Below, piece after piece: positions 28,413 through 39,009 of a DNA stretch of 64,000 bases (the first letter of the stretch is position 1; the number at the start of each line of letters is the position of its first letter). This DNA is from Nitrososphaeraceae archaeon. GTDB taxonomy: Archaea; Thermoproteota; Nitrososphaeria; Nitrososphaerales; Nitrososphaeraceae. Made by a program: the position numbers and the translations under genes. Under the pieces are notes generated by a model. It was not told the origin of the DNA. It saw nothing but the letters and a program-made list of their open reading frames with translations, and searched no databases. The DNA is taken from positions 108,093-172,092 of the forward strand of contig JBIOZG010000012.1 in NCBI GenBank assembly GCA_044870765.1, written 5' to 3'.

Positions 28413-29477
28413 TTACTTTTCTAGTATGAATTCATCGACCGGCATACCAAAATGTCTTCCGGATGAAGATTTGGTATAGGCCAAGACCTCATCACCGACT
28501 TTTAAATCAGTGACAGAAACCAATCTATTGTCTTTTATAATTAGCCTTATTGTTTCAGCATTTTGCAAGATTACAGTGCCCCAAGAATCTCCGATTTGAG
28601 CTTTTATTAATTTCATTGGTCTAGATTCAATCTTCGATCGTCCTACGGTAGACTTTCTACTAGTACCATCTTTGCTCACAACGAGGATCTCCACGCCTGC
28701 CTCTAACTCAGATAAGTATTTTGTGGTCCCATCGGACATTGCAGTATAGCAATGAACGGCACCTGCATTAACCCTAAACGGTCGAGGTGAGGTGAATGAG
28801 GAGCCTACTGATTCATTGTGCACCAGAAACAAGAAATTTGATTTACTACCGATGAGCATTCCCTCGCCCATGGTCATCATCGATACCGTATCAACGCATA
28901 CCCTCTCGCCCATGCCAACATCCTTTAATTCTAAAATCTTCGCGTATTCTAAATTAAAAGCTGGGTTATCAAGCAACTCATGTGAGTTCTCAACCTGGGC
29001 AACATCGTCTGTTTCCAATATAACTCCATCAACTCCAAGTTCTAGAACAGAGAACATCGTTCTAATTTCTTCTGAATTTTTAGTTGTTGTGTAAATTTTT
29101 GTTCCAGTTTTCTGAAGTTTAGCAATAAGATTCTCTAGCGGAATTATCTTCCAATCAGTAACTTCAACAATAACGAAATCTGCTCCATATTTAGAAGCAA
29201 GAACAATATCCTCCAGATCCTCATTGTTTGTAATTTTCTTTGTGTACCCTACACTTTTGTCCAAAATTTCCTTATTTTTCTTTAACAGATCCAAACTATT
29301 GCACACAACAAGATCCGCATTATCAGAGTGGAATATCGTTTTGAATTTCTTGTCTGTTATAACTGTAGGATCCCCGTATACTAGTGATACATTCGATACC
29401 TTGGATAGAAAGTCATCAAGTTTTTCTCTTTTCACTAGGGGTTTTAATATGAATTCCTTATTTTTTTGGACTGACAA
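28413..29477 (-). CDS. aroB': 3-dehydroquinate synthase II (archaeal AroB')
   Basis: DWKIIPLENLIA, LELGVDG, GERVCVDT, RPFRVNAGAVH, LQNAETIRL, GRHFG. Confidence 0.93.
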   Translation of the reverse strand: MSVQKNKEFILKPLVKREKLDDFLSKVSNVSLVYGDPTVITDKKFKTIFHSDNADLVVCNSLDLLKKNKEILDKSVGYTKKITNNEDLEDIVLASKYGADFVIVEVTDWKIIPLENLIAKLQKTGTKIYTTTKNSEEIRTMFSVLELGVDGVILETDDVAQVENSHELLDNPAFNLEYAKILELKDVGMGERVCVDTVSMMTMGEGMLIGSKSNFLFLVHNESVGSSFTSPRPFRVNAGAVHCYTAMSDGTTKYLSELEAGVEILVVSKDGTSRKSTVGRSKIESRPMKLIKAQIGDSWGTVILQNAETIRLIIKDNRLVSVTDLKVGDEVLAYTKSSSGRHFGMPVDEFILEK

Positions 29478-30252
29478 TATTTCTTAATACCTCTTTTGGC
29501 TTTTCTTTGTTAAAAATAATCCTTGATAACGCAGTCAGAATCTGAGGAGGGTTTTTGTGTTGGAATATGTTTCGCCCAAAGGTAACACCAACAGCTCCTG
29601 CATGCATGGCCCCGTCGCACATTTCTAGGATATCTTCGTCGGTGGTGGCTTTTGGTCCTCCTGCAATAACTATGGGAACTGGGCATGTTCTTACAACCCG
29701 TTTAAAGGAATCCCTATCACCTGTATAAACAGTCTTAACAATATCAGCTCCGGCCTCCGCACCAATCCGAGCTACGTGGGAGACTATGTCAACATTATAC
29801 GGATCCTTAATGTTTTCACCCCGAGGGTACATCATAGCAATTAAGGGAACATTCCATTCATTACAATTGTCAGAAATTGTACCCAACTTTTGAAGCATTT
29901 CAGGTTCTTCTTTGGCACCTATGTTTATGTGAACTGAAATCCCATCGGCGCCAAGTCTTATTGCATCTTCGACGCTCCCCATCTGAACTTTCTTGTTTGG
30001 CGAAAGGCCAAGTGAAGTACTAGCAGATAAGTGTGCGATTAATCCCACTGTTGGAGGTCGTGGCAGGGCCTTGATAATTCCTTTGTTTATAATAATACTT
30101 GTAACTCCTGATTTTTCACATTTGTAAATGAAATCATAAACGTTTTCCAATCCAGGTATTGGACCATTTGTTATTCCGTGATCCATAGGAATACAGAGCA
30201 TTTTACCATCATTTAGAATTCTCGAAAGTCGTATCTGTCTGCCTATAGCCAT
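29458..30252 (-). CDS. aroA': 2-amino-3,7-dideoxy-D-threo-hept-6-ulosonate synthase (AroA')
   Basis: PMDHG, HLSAST, MMYPRG, GADIVKT, AGGPK, GRNIFQ; overlaps aroB'. Confidence 0.9.
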   Translation of the reverse strand: MAIGRQIRLSRILNDGKMLCIPMDHGITNGPIPGLENVYDFIYKCEKSGVTSIIINKGIIKALPRPPTVGLIAHLSASTSLGLSPNKKVQMGSVEDAIRLGADGISVHINIGAKEEPEMLQKLGTISDNCNEWNVPLIAMMYPRGENIKDPYNVDIVSHVARIGAEAGADIVKTVYTGDRDSFKRVVRTCPVPIVIAGGPKATTDEDILEMCDGAMHAGAVGVTFGRNIFQHKNPPQILTALSRIIFNKEKPKEVLRNIVSPKK

Positions 30253-30438
30253 TAATAAGTAAATAATTTTGATATCTGACTTAAAAGTATGTTTCTTTTT
30301 ATCTTCGATTTGAAAATGGATTATCGAATTGACGCTATAATGTTAATTACTCTCTTATCGAAAAATTATCAAATGGATGGATTGCAACTAGGATGTTTCA
30401 CAGTACATAATCAAAAATGACTAATCAGGAAATATATG

Positions 30439-30786
30439 TTATTTAAGAGCTTCGTTTCCTCTTTTTTGGGTTCCTATATCTATTGCCTCAGAAATTGCAG
30501 ATACGAAAATTTTTCCATCCCCTGGAGAGCCAGTGCTTACAGTATCTAAAATGGTCTGTACTACATTATCAACTTCCGAATCATCCACTACTGTAGACAA
30601 ATTTGCTCTAGCAGAAAATTCCGAAACATATTTTCCTGTACCGCGCCCGGATTGGACCATAGGTTTTTCACCTTTGCCTCTGCCCTTTCCATCCGTAATT
30701 GTAAATCCACCAACTCCTATTGCTTTAAGCTTCTCGTTTAATTCTGGAATCTTTTCACTATGAACTATCGCGTCAATCCGCTTCAT
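30439..30786 (-). CDS. glnB: P-II family nitrogen regulator
   Basis: MKRIDAIV, GKGRG, TGSPGDGKIFVS. Confidence 0.92.
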   Translation of the reverse strand: MKRIDAIVHSEKIPELNEKLKAIGVGGFTITDGKGRGKGEKPMVQSGRGTGKYVSEFSARANLSTVVDDSEVDNVVQTILDTVSTGSPGDGKIFVSAISEAIDIGTQKRGNEALK

Positions 30787-31106
30787 ATTTTCACTTAAAT
30801 ATATAAAGAATATAAGGTTTTCAAATATCTTTAATTAAATTAAGAATATAACACAATATGTCAATTCTTTGATATTATCACATGATATACGTTTTAAATT
30901 ACTATAGCCGAATATTACTGCCCAAATGGCGATCTACTAAAGTTCAAAGAATTCAGACGAGCCCGATTGTGGTGTAATCAGAATGGTTGTAGTTGGTTAC
31001 AAACTTATCCTGATACTGTTTTTAATATCGATGGAGTGAATAAGACACCACACTTAACCTTTCAAATCAATTCTTCGAATGGTTCACCTGGTAAAGAAGT
31101 TTAGAA

Positions 31107-31772
31107 TTATTTGAAAAGATCTATATCTAGAATATTTTCCATTTTGTAAACAAATTGATCAAGAGTATTTTGATCCACTATTTTAGTAAAGCTGTTATTG
31201 TCGAAACTCTGTACAATTGAAGAGTTATACATGGATTTTTGAAGTGACTGTTTGATTTCGTCTACAGAATCGGAAGTACTTCCGTTATCAGCCGGAATTA
31301 TCTTACTATTGTTTAAAACTCCGCTGGTAGTATTCCCCTCTATTCTTGTTTGCAGAGTATCTTGCACAGCACTCTGATTGTTTTTGTCTAGAGTAAGACT
31401 TGAAGGCAGTTCGTTTTCGAGGCTACTTGTTGATGAGTCATCACCCACCTTGGCAGTATCACTGCTTAGCATGTCAACAGTCTCTCCAATCATTCCATCA
31501 ATCGATCCAGATAGGACGTCATTTAGGGTCTCAGATATAGAAGAGGAAGTATTTGGAATATCCACAGTAGGCGATCCATTAGGCGTAGTTAAGTTTGGCT
31601 GTATACTGGGTGCGGTTAAGTTTGGCTGTATACTGGGTGCGGTTAAGTTTTGTGCAGTTGTCAAGTTTGATTGCGCGTTTGATAGATCATAGTTGGGAAA
31701 CATGACAAAACCTATGAGAGTTAGGACAGAAACAAAGTATAACCTGAAATTTCTCGACACTCGAAAGGTCAA
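31107..31772 (-). CDS. Secreted Ser/Thr/Asn-rich protein
   Basis: N-terminal TM/signal; QPNLTAPSI repeats containing N-x-T sequons. Confidence 0.65.
   Translation of the reverse strand: MTFRVSRNFRLYFVSVLTLIGFVMFPNYDLSNAQSNLTTAQNLTAPSIQPNLTAPSIQPNLTTPNGSPTVDIPNTSSSISETLNDVLSGSIDGMIGETVDMLSSDTAKVGDDSSTSSLENELPSSLTLDKNNQSAVQDTLQTRIEGNTTSGVLNNSKIIPADNGSTSDSVDEIKQSLQKSMYNSSIVQSFDNNSFTKIVDQNTLDQFVYKMENILDIDLFK
31588..31650. repeat. 27-bp coding tandem repeat (about 2.3 units)
   Basis: GTTAAGTTTGGCTGTATACTGGGTGCG twice plus a partial third unit. Confidence 0.85.
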
Positions 31773-32154
31773 GAAAATTCCTAATAAATCATCAGGTTCA
31801 CATGTTCTGTCTTCAGGGTAAATAATAGTGATCCTTGTATCTAAGAATTTCCAGATACTCGTTATTACTTTTCACTTTTTTCCAACAATGTACTTGAGAT
31901 TTTAGTAATTTTCTAGCATTTGCAAAGACATAAGGACATAACTATAGCAAAAACTAAATTTCTGTACGTTTTTTTAATTTCTCTAAAGCCTTAATCAAAT
32001 TAGTTCGCCAATATTGGATTAATTATCATCAGATTAAAAGTACAAAAAAAGTATTAAATTAGTATCAATTCGAAAACTGGAAAAAAGACTGCAAGATACT
32101 AATTATGAATATCGATCACAGAACAATGGATGTAACAAAAGAAATAAATAATTA

Positions 32155-32787
32155 TCAGTCCATTAAATGCCTGACATCTCCTTCCAAGATACCAGATTCA
32201 TTATGAAGTCTATCAATGTGTTTTGAAAGCCCTTCTTTTGTATCAAAAGGAGAACCGCAATATGCACAGCTGAAATTTGCCTTACTAGAGTCCTTAACAT
32301 ATTCTATGGACTTTGTATCAATAATGCATACTGGTGTTCCATGTAGAACTTCATCTATGGATGAAAGGGCGATAGATTCCATTTTCCTCGAAATATCTTC
32401 ACGTGATATTATTCCAAGAACTGCAGAATACGCGTGTACCATTAATTGTCTTACATTGCGTTTGTTCATGATAGTAAGAGCATCTTTTATTGTATTTTGA
32501 GGATTTACTGCTAGAACTGGAGACGTCATTATTTCCCTAAGTTTAATCTTGGAAGGATTTTTTCCCTCAGATGTTACCTTATAAAGTATATCTGTCTTGC
32601 TCACCATACCTACTACTTCTCCAAGGTGCGTTGCAAGAACACTGCGCTGATTTCTTTCCTTCATCTTCTTTATTGCTTCATCTAAATTCCTATCTGCCTC
32701 AAGTATAATTGCATCATTATTCATTAGATTTCCAACTGGCCACGAAAGGAGTGACGAAATGCTTTCAGAAACTAACGCGCTTGTCAT
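32155..32787 (-). CDS. CBS-pair protein with C-terminal C2H2 zinc finger
   Basis: Two CBS repeats; CAYC...LSKHIDRLH. Confidence 0.88.
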   Translation of the reverse strand: MTSALVSESISSLLSWPVGNLMNNDAIILEADRNLDEAIKKMKERNQRSVLATHLGEVVGMVSKTDILYKVTSEGKNPSKIKLREIMTSPVLAVNPQNTIKDALTIMNKRNVRQLMVHAYSAVLGIISREDISRKMESIALSSIDEVLHGTPVCIIDTKSIEYVKDSSKANFSCAYCGSPFDTKEGLSKHIDRLHNESGILEGDVRHLMD

Positions 32788-32883
32788 GAATATATTATTG
32801 GGAGGATATATTTATATATATCCACAATCATGGGCACTGAATAGTAGTCACAACCTGTAACATTGGCACCACAACAAATGATC

Positions 32884-33159
32884 TTATGTTCTTATTTCGT
32901 TGGCTTTGACCCTTTTTGGTTTAACCTTTGCGGTGTTCTTTGGGGTCACTGTTTTTAAGAAAGCCTTAAGTTGGTCAACATTTCCTTCATGACTACTTTT
33001 TCTAAAAGGATCAATTGGTATGTTTATTTTTCGAGCTATACGGATATCCGTTACCCCTGATTGTATTAATTCATTCTTAGAATATCCTCTCGCATCTCTG
33101 GAAAATACCTTTCCATTGCTTACTGTTTTTACGATTCCACGCTTTATGGCATCCTTCAT
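32884..33159 (-). CDS. rpl13e: 50S ribosomal protein L13e
   Basis: RGYSKNEL..SG...ARK..IPIDPFRKS.HEGNV..L. Confidence 0.75.
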   Translation of the reverse strand: MKDAIKRGIVKTVSNGKVFSRDARGYSKNELIQSGVTDIRIARKINIPIDPFRKSSHEGNVDQLKAFLKTVTPKNTAKVKPKRVKANEIRT

Positions 33160-33343
33160 AATCTACGAAATTCAGAGATCTAGATTAAAAGGTTCCTGTA
33201 AAAAAAAATCTACCTACTCTATCGACTCAATTTCACAGCTTTCTCTGATGCCTCAGACTACGATTAATCTCAAATCGATGATGACGACTTTTTGAATAAA
33301 ATATATTATGTTTCCAAAAATCATTTTGGTCAAGGAGCTGAGC

Positions 33344-33418
33344 GCCGGGGTAGCTCAGCTTGGTCAGAGCGTTCGACTCATAATCGAAAGGCCGCGGGCT
33401 CAAGTCCCGCCTCCGGCA
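33344..33418 (+). tRNA. tRNA-Met (CAT), elongator type, no intron
   Basis: Cloverleaf: GCCGGGG/CTCCGGC acceptor, GCTC/GAGC D-stem, TTCGA/TCGAA anticodon stem with CT-CAT-AA loop, GCGGG/CCCGC T-stem, A73; G1-C72 rules out the archaeal initiator. Confidence 0.93.
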
Positions 33419-33496
33419 CGTAATATAGAAATTACAAATCCGCATTACACTGCAAAAATAAACAGATATTTATGCCATCTATTTTTTAAAAGTTAG

Positions 33497-34141
33497 TTGT
33501 CAATTACATTTGAAATTCTCAAGCCAATTATTGATTTTGTAATTTCAATTATCTCGGGTCTGGGATACCCAGGAATTTTTCTGTTGATGATCTTGGAGAG
33601 CGCCCTAATTCCTATACCAAGTGAAATTATTATGCCTTTTTCAGGTTTTCTCGTTAGCAAAGGGACATTTGATCCCATAAGTGTGGTACTAGCTGGAACA
33701 TTCGGAAATCTGGTTGGGTCTATTCTGACGTATTACTTGGGAATAAAGGCAGGAAGGGCGTTCATATTAAAATATGGAAAATATATACTGTTTAAGAAAA
33801 GCCATCTTGAATTTACCGAGGAATTGTTTGAAAAATATGGCGATAAAATTTCATTCTTTTGTAGGTTGTTACCCGCAGTAAGAACTTATATTTCTCTACC
33901 GTGTGGTGTTGGTAAAGCAAACTTTGTTAAATTCTCGATTTATACATTTTTAGGATCCCTTATTTGGAATTCAATGTTAACTTATGTAGGCATATTATTG
34001 GGAAATAACTGGAAGAATATTGACAAATATGCAATATACCTAGATATAGTAGCAGCCTGTATAATAGTAGGTTTTATCATATGGTTCGTAGTAATGGTTC
34101 GAAGAAGAAATAAAAGTCGCCAGGAAAATGAAATTTCATGA
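33497..34141 (+). CDS. dedA: DedA family membrane protein
   Basis: LESALIPIPSEIIMPFSG, RLLPAVRTYISLPCG. Confidence 0.92.
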   Translation: MSITFEILKPIIDFVISIISGLGYPGIFLLMILESALIPIPSEIIMPFSGFLVSKGTFDPISVVLAGTFGNLVGSILTYYLGIKAGRAFILKYGKYILFKKSHLEFTEELFEKYGDKISFFCRLLPAVRTYISLPCGVGKANFVKFSIYTFLGSLIWNSMLTYVGILLGNNWKNIDKYAIYLDIVAACIIVGFIIWFVVMVRRRNKSRQENEIS

Positions 34142-34244
34142 ATATCAGCATATAATTAAATCCATGTTTCAAGAACCGTGTCCATTATTTTCTACAGATT
34201 GATTTATGTGCAATTATATTATTATCATATATTGTAAATAATTA

Positions 34245-34760
34245 ATGAATATAGGCATAATATCCGATACGCATGATGACTTGTCAAGTCTAAAAAACGC
34301 AATAAAGTCCTTTAATGAAAGAAGGGCAGATTATGTAATCCATGCGGGAGATTATGTTTTCCCAGGTGTAGTAAAGCAATTCAAGAACTTCAATGGAAAA
34401 CTTGTAGGAGTACTCGGAAACAATGATGGTGAAAAATTGGGATTATTGAGAAATTTTCAAGAAATAGGAGGAGAACTATACGGAGAATTTGGCGATCTTC
34501 GATTAGATGGACTGAGAATTGCGATATATCATGGTACAAATGACAAGGTTACTGAAGCCTTAATCACATGTCAATTGTATGATTTGGTCATTTATGGGCA
34601 TACCCATAAGAAACGGGAAGATAAAATACAGAATACATTAGTATTGAACCCGGGTTGCGCACACAAAGACTTTCCAAATATAGATGGAAATATTGAAGCA
34701 GAACCGTCTATTATAATATTCAATACTTTTGATAAATCTTATCAATTTGTCCATTTGTAA
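34245..34760 (+). CDS. Metallophosphoesterase (YfcE/MJ0936 family)
   Basis: SDTH, HAGD, GNND, HG, GHTH, LNPG. Confidence 0.92.
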   Translation: MNIGIISDTHDDLSSLKNAIKSFNERRADYVIHAGDYVFPGVVKQFKNFNGKLVGVLGNNDGEKLGLLRNFQEIGGELYGEFGDLRLDGLRIAIYHGTNDKVTEALITCQLYDLVIYGHTHKKREDKIQNTLVLNPGCAHKDFPNIDGNIEAEPSIIIFNTFDKSYQFVHL

Positions 34761-34830
34761 TTCTTCAATGTACGATATCTTTCTTAGTAAAGTTTGTTTA
34801 AAGTTCGTTAAAAATTTTTGGTATCTAAAT

Positions 34831-35223
34831 CTATCCCTTAATTCGGGTTATTTTTACCCTTTCAAGTACCTTCCAATATTCAACTTCTGCCCCTTGAACA
34901 ATTTTTTCTCTGATTTCATCTTCTACAGATGAAGTTTCGAACATTTCAAATGTTTCGAGATCCATGACTTGATAAATCTGTCCAGAAATGGAAATAATTT
35001 GACCGTTTCTCTTGTCTATCAACGGGACATCCACACCGGCTGAAACAGGTGAGACCAAGCTATGCTTTGAGCCATCGAAAACTGAAATGGCAGAAACCCT
35101 TGCTTTTGCTGAACCATGTTTCCCGGGTTTACTATGATCGTATGACACTATTCTACACGGTTCATTATCAATAATAATGTAGGAACCTACTTTCAGACTC
35201 CCTAAATCCATTGGTTTGCTCAA
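34831..35223 (-). CDS. eif5a: Translation initiation/elongation factor aIF5A
   Basis: SKPGKHGSAK hypusine motif. Confidence 0.96.
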   Translation of the reverse strand: MSKPMDLGSLKVGSYIIIDNEPCRIVSYDHSKPGKHGSAKARVSAISVFDGSKHSLVSPVSAGVDVPLIDKRNGQIISISGQIYQVMDLETFEMFETSSVEDEIREKIVQGAEVEYWKVLERVKITRIKG

Positions 35224-35280
35224 TATTGGTCGAAAAAATAGAAAATAACTTCATATTTAACGGTTCTGATCGGAACTATA

Positions 35281-35886
35281 CTATCGTAGTTTTTCCAAAA
35301 TAGAGAAGCTTACAAGATTAATGAGGGGAATCCCTTTTCTTGCAACATCCTTTCGTGTCTTTTCGCAATAATTCTGATCACTTTGGTGACTCTTCTTACC
35401 TTCAACTTCCAAAATAATAATGTTATCTGAATGTGGGAAAATAAAAGGTAATTTTTTGTTAAGTATAAATTTTAGATTTCCCAAATTTGCGCTCACGACC
35501 ATATCCCTTCTTGCCAGAATACCCGCAATATCTCTTACCTCCTGATTGTCTTGGTCGTACCTTGTATAATAAATTGAAAGGTAACTAACTTTTTCATGAT
35601 ATTTTTCGAATAGTTCTGTTTCATTACTGAATAGAAAGAGGGAGCTGTTGGGACTCTGATATTTTGAAATCCCTTGTACTATTTTGTCCAGTCCATCATA
35701 TTTTACGAGTATATAGTGATTTGAATTATTAGGAAAATACGGTTTACTTTCAAATGCAAATGTGGCTGTAGCAAAGTACAAATCTATGACGACGTCGCAA
35801 TCCTTCCAGTACTCAATTAAACTTTGAGCATTGTTATCTCTAGGGTAGCATATATAGCCACGAGAAGCAATTGTAATATCACTCAA
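35281..35886 (-). CDS. Hypothetical protein
   Basis: 201-aa ORF within a housekeeping block. Confidence 0.65.
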   Translation of the reverse strand: MSDITIASRGYICYPRDNNAQSLIEYWKDCDVVIDLYFATATFAFESKPYFPNNSNHYILVKYDGLDKIVQGISKYQSPNSSLFLFSNETELFEKYHEKVSYLSIYYTRYDQDNQEVRDIAGILARRDMVVSANLGNLKFILNKKLPFIFPHSDNIIILEVEGKKSHQSDQNYCEKTRKDVARKGIPLINLVSFSILEKLR

Positions 35887-35998
35887 TTCTACAATCGTAA
35901 TTGGAGAGGAGTATTTATACCATTTTTTTATTATTCTAGATTATTCTAGTTGAACATTTTCTAGTTCAAAATGTAGAAATTCGAGTACTAATCCGTAA

Positions 35999-36868
35999 TT
36001 ATTTTGTACTTTGTGCCGTATGCCATAAGGCAGAATCAAGGTTTTTAATTCTCAACAAATAGAATGGCATAACAAGATAGCAAATGCAGGCAGAAATTGC
36101 TCCAATTGGATTTCTCAAAGCTGTGTGAATAAATTCAATAACAGATGTCTTTAGTGTTAGTCCGTACTTTGCTTCGTAACCAAGCTTTTTTATCTGACTA
36201 TGTCCTTTTATGGCCCTTAACACCTGAGAACAAAAATCAATAAAAGTCCTTGCTGGTTTGAACATGACAATTGCGTTGGGATTAAAGACTACTTCATAAC
36301 CCATGTTCGTTACTTGACTTTGTATGTAAAGATCTATTGCTATGAGGTTCTCAGGTATCGTTATTTTTTTAGCAATATCAGATCGTATCGACAATCCTCT
36401 TCCCATTACAGTGTATTCGGATAGTTGCTTTTTTCTTATTGAGGCCAACCAATCGCTGATAAAAATCGTGCCTTTCGCTGGAATTCCAATATTTCGAATA
36501 GGTCTCGGATTGGAAGCGCATATTCCAATATTATTGTTGATCTTGTTAACCAGTTCAGAGATACAATTTGGATTTGGTACGACATCTGCATCATATAGCA
36601 CAATTATTTCGCCCTTTGCATTTTGTATAATATTGTTCCAGGCACTTGCTGCTCCTCTCCTACTATCGTTATGAAGAAAGATTATCTTTTCAGTATTATT
36701 CTCCATGAATTTTTTTACAATATTTGGAGTCTCATCTGTTGAATCATCAGATACAATAATTTCGCAGAGTTCAACTGAATCTAGCATTGAGTTGATTACA
36801 CTTTCCAATATTGTGACAATATTTTTTCCTTCGTTGTACGATGGAATCCCAACAGATACCGTTTTCAA
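35999..36868 (-). CDS. Glycosyltransferase family 2
   Basis: VGIPSYNE, VSDDSTD, LYDAD. Confidence 0.9.
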   Translation of the reverse strand: MKTVSVGIPSYNEGKNIVTILESVINSMLDSVELCEIIVSDDSTDETPNIVKKFMENNTEKIIFLHNDSRRGAASAWNNIIQNAKGEIIVLYDADVVPNPNCISELVNKINNNIGICASNPRPIRNIGIPAKGTIFISDWLASIRKKQLSEYTVMGRGLSIRSDIAKKITIPENLIAIDLYIQSQVTNMGYEVVFNPNAIVMFKPARTFIDFCSQVLRAIKGHSQIKKLGYEAKYGLTLKTSVIEFIHTALRNPIGAISACICYLVMPFYLLRIKNLDSALWHTAQSTK

Positions 36869-36998
36869 ACTTCCTTAGTTTAGGATGCAACATATTTTAT
36901 TCTTCAGATGCGCGAAGCATAAGGAATCAGAGAATACACTTGTAATGCCTTAATCAATCAAATATGAATATATTTACAAAAAAATCATAAGGTAATAT

Positions 36999-37922
36999 TT
37001 GACAATTCAAGACGCCTATAGCAAGTCTCTTATCAAAACGAGTAATCTCATTACTCCAATTATCATAGGAACAAACTCGTCTTCTAGTAACGCTGGACTT
37101 CAGGTTATGACTGATAGAGACCTGATAAATCGACTTGAAAGAATTCTGTCTCTCAACATTGACAAGATAATCATATTTGGCGTGCCCCCTTTAGATGATT
37201 CAAATGGAACACAAGCATTGCAGAAAAACGGTGTAATTCAAAACAGCCTGAAAATAATACGAGACAGCTTTGATAAGAAAATTCAAGTAATAGCTGATGT
37301 CTGTATTTGTCAGTATAACTTATCAGGTCACTGTGGAATTGTTAATCAAAATAACTATCCAGATAACGATAAGACCTTGAAACTGATGTCAAGGATTGCC
37401 CTAAGTTACGCTGAATCTGGTGCGGATATGCTTGCACCCTCTTCGATGATGGATGGATTGGTGTTATCAATTAGGAACAAACTAAACTTAAAGGGATATA
37501 GAGAAACCAAAATAATGTCATTCTCAAAACAATTTTCTAGTCTTTACTCGCCGTTTAGATTGACTGCATACAAGAAAGTTTCCAAAATTGACAAATCCAA
37601 TTATCAAATAGGTTATGCTAATTCAAGAGAAATTTTAAGAAAAGTAGAATTGGATTATAGCGAAGGAGCCGATGTTATAACCATAAAGCCTTCCATGGCT
37701 AATCTGGATATAATAAGTAGAATTCGTGAAAGAGTGGGTTGCAGGATAGCTGTTCAACATGTATCTGGCGAATACGCCATGCTAAAAGCCGCGTCACGCA
37801 ATAACCTGATTAATGAGTATGATTGGCTTTTGGGATATTTTGCTTGTATGGCTAGATCAGGAGCAGATTTTATTATAACCTATGAATCCGAGGATATAGC
37901 TGAACTCCTCAGTGAACAGTAA
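36999..37922 (+). CDS. hemB: Porphobilinogen synthase (ALA dehydratase)
   Basis: DVCICQY..SGHCG Zn site, APSSMMDG, PFR, IKP, VSGEYAM. Confidence 0.88.
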   Translation: MTIQDAYSKSLIKTSNLITPIIIGTNSSSSNAGLQVMTDRDLINRLERILSLNIDKIIIFGVPPLDDSNGTQALQKNGVIQNSLKIIRDSFDKKIQVIADVCICQYNLSGHCGIVNQNNYPDNDKTLKLMSRIALSYAESGADMLAPSSMMDGLVLSIRNKLNLKGYRETKIMSFSKQFSSLYSPFRLTAYKKVSKIDKSNYQIGYANSREILRKVELDYSEGADVITIKPSMANLDIISRIRERVGCRIAVQHVSGEYAMLKAASRNNLINEYDWLLGYFACMARSGADFIITYESEDIAELLSEQ

Positions 37923-38015
37923 AACTCGATATTTTTAGTTCCTGTCGACCTATAGGACTAGATTACATCTTAATGTAATTTCTAATGTTAGTTCTTGATC
38001 GTTTTTTTTTGGCTT

Positions 38016-38402
38016 TTATCTTTTCAACTGGACTGCATTGACAAGACCGACCTGTCCTGGTCTTGATATTACTCTTGCTAATCCTAATTCGGTTTCAATT
38101 ATGGTCCCCTTAGTAATTACTCCCCTTCTTTCGTAGTCTTTGTTAGCCGTATTCTTGATTACTCTCAATATTTTTGACTTTGTAGTTTTCTTTTCTTCGG
38201 AATTTGATACATTTGCAAATTCAACAGTTTTTAACGCAGTCTTGTTGTTATCTCCACGTACTCTTCTGGTCACCTTGATATTACTTCCAATAACCGCCTC
38301 ATTTGGATACCTATCTATTTCAAATTTGCGTCTACTGCGCATTGGTATTATTCTTCCGCCGGTGTACTTGCGACCGGATAAATTCTCAATAGATTTTTTC
38401 AT
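38016..38402 (-). CDS. rps8e: 30S ribosomal protein S8e
   Basis: RKYTGG, RVRGDN.K, ITKGTIIETELG.A.V.SRPGQ.G.VNA. Confidence 0.96.
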   Translation of the reverse strand: MKKSIENLSGRKYTGGRIIPMRSRRKFEIDRYPNEAVIGSNIKVTRRVRGDNNKTALKTVEFANVSNSEEKKTTKSKILRVIKNTANKDYERRGVITKGTIIETELGLARVISRPGQVGLVNAVQLKR

Positions 38403-38472
38403 GTTTGCAAGATAAGTGAAATTGATCCATATTATGAGGTTTTCTATTGGGCAAACACAAGACTGGAGGCAA

Positions 38473-38985
38473 TCATTTTAGAATCATTTTATTTTTCAGC
38501 ACATTGAGATCGTTTATTCCAAAATATTCTTGAAATTTTCTGCTTGTTCTATATATTTTCATCCTTCCCAATCTCTCTGACTCTATAAAAGAGTGAGCTC
38601 TAAGCTCTTTGAGATGGGTATAAACCTGACTTCCACGAATTTGGACCAGCCTCTTTGAAGTAATCGGCTGTTCGTAGGCAATAAACGATAATGTTTTCAA
38701 TGCACCCACCGGAATAAGAGGCTGTTGAGCGAACCGTCTTATTAAGGGCATATAGACAGGTTTTACTTGAAATACAAATTTATCATCATCAAGTTGTGCA
38801 ATCTCTAAAGCAGTCAAAACGTTTTGCGTTTTCTTTATTAGTTCATCTAATATTTTGACCACTTTCTCTCTCGATGTTATTCCTGCAGCTCTCATCAAAT
38901 CATTAATGGATAATGGTCTGCCCGCAGCATAGAGAGCTGCTTCAATTCTGGCAGTAATTTCACCGTCCGGAAGCGATTGAGGCAC
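38473..38985 (-). CDS. scpB: SMC-Scp complex subunit ScpB
   Basis: IEAALYAAGRPL, LKTLSFIAYEQPIT, IRG, YRTS.KF.EYFG. Confidence 0.92.
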   Translation of the reverse strand: MPQSLPDGEITARIEAALYAAGRPLSINDLMRAAGITSREKVVKILDELIKKTQNVLTALEIAQLDDDKFVFQVKPVYMPLIRRFAQQPLIPVGALKTLSFIAYEQPITSKRLVQIRGSQVYTHLKELRAHSFIESERLGRMKIYRTSRKFQEYFGINDLNVLKNKMILK

Positions 38986-39009
38986 TTGTCTGTTACTAAC
39001 TAGTCAATG

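Noticed and set aside
33233-33496. ORFs 33233-33445 (-) and 33308-33496 (+)
   Set aside because: They overlap the tRNA-Met gene and are shadow ORFs.
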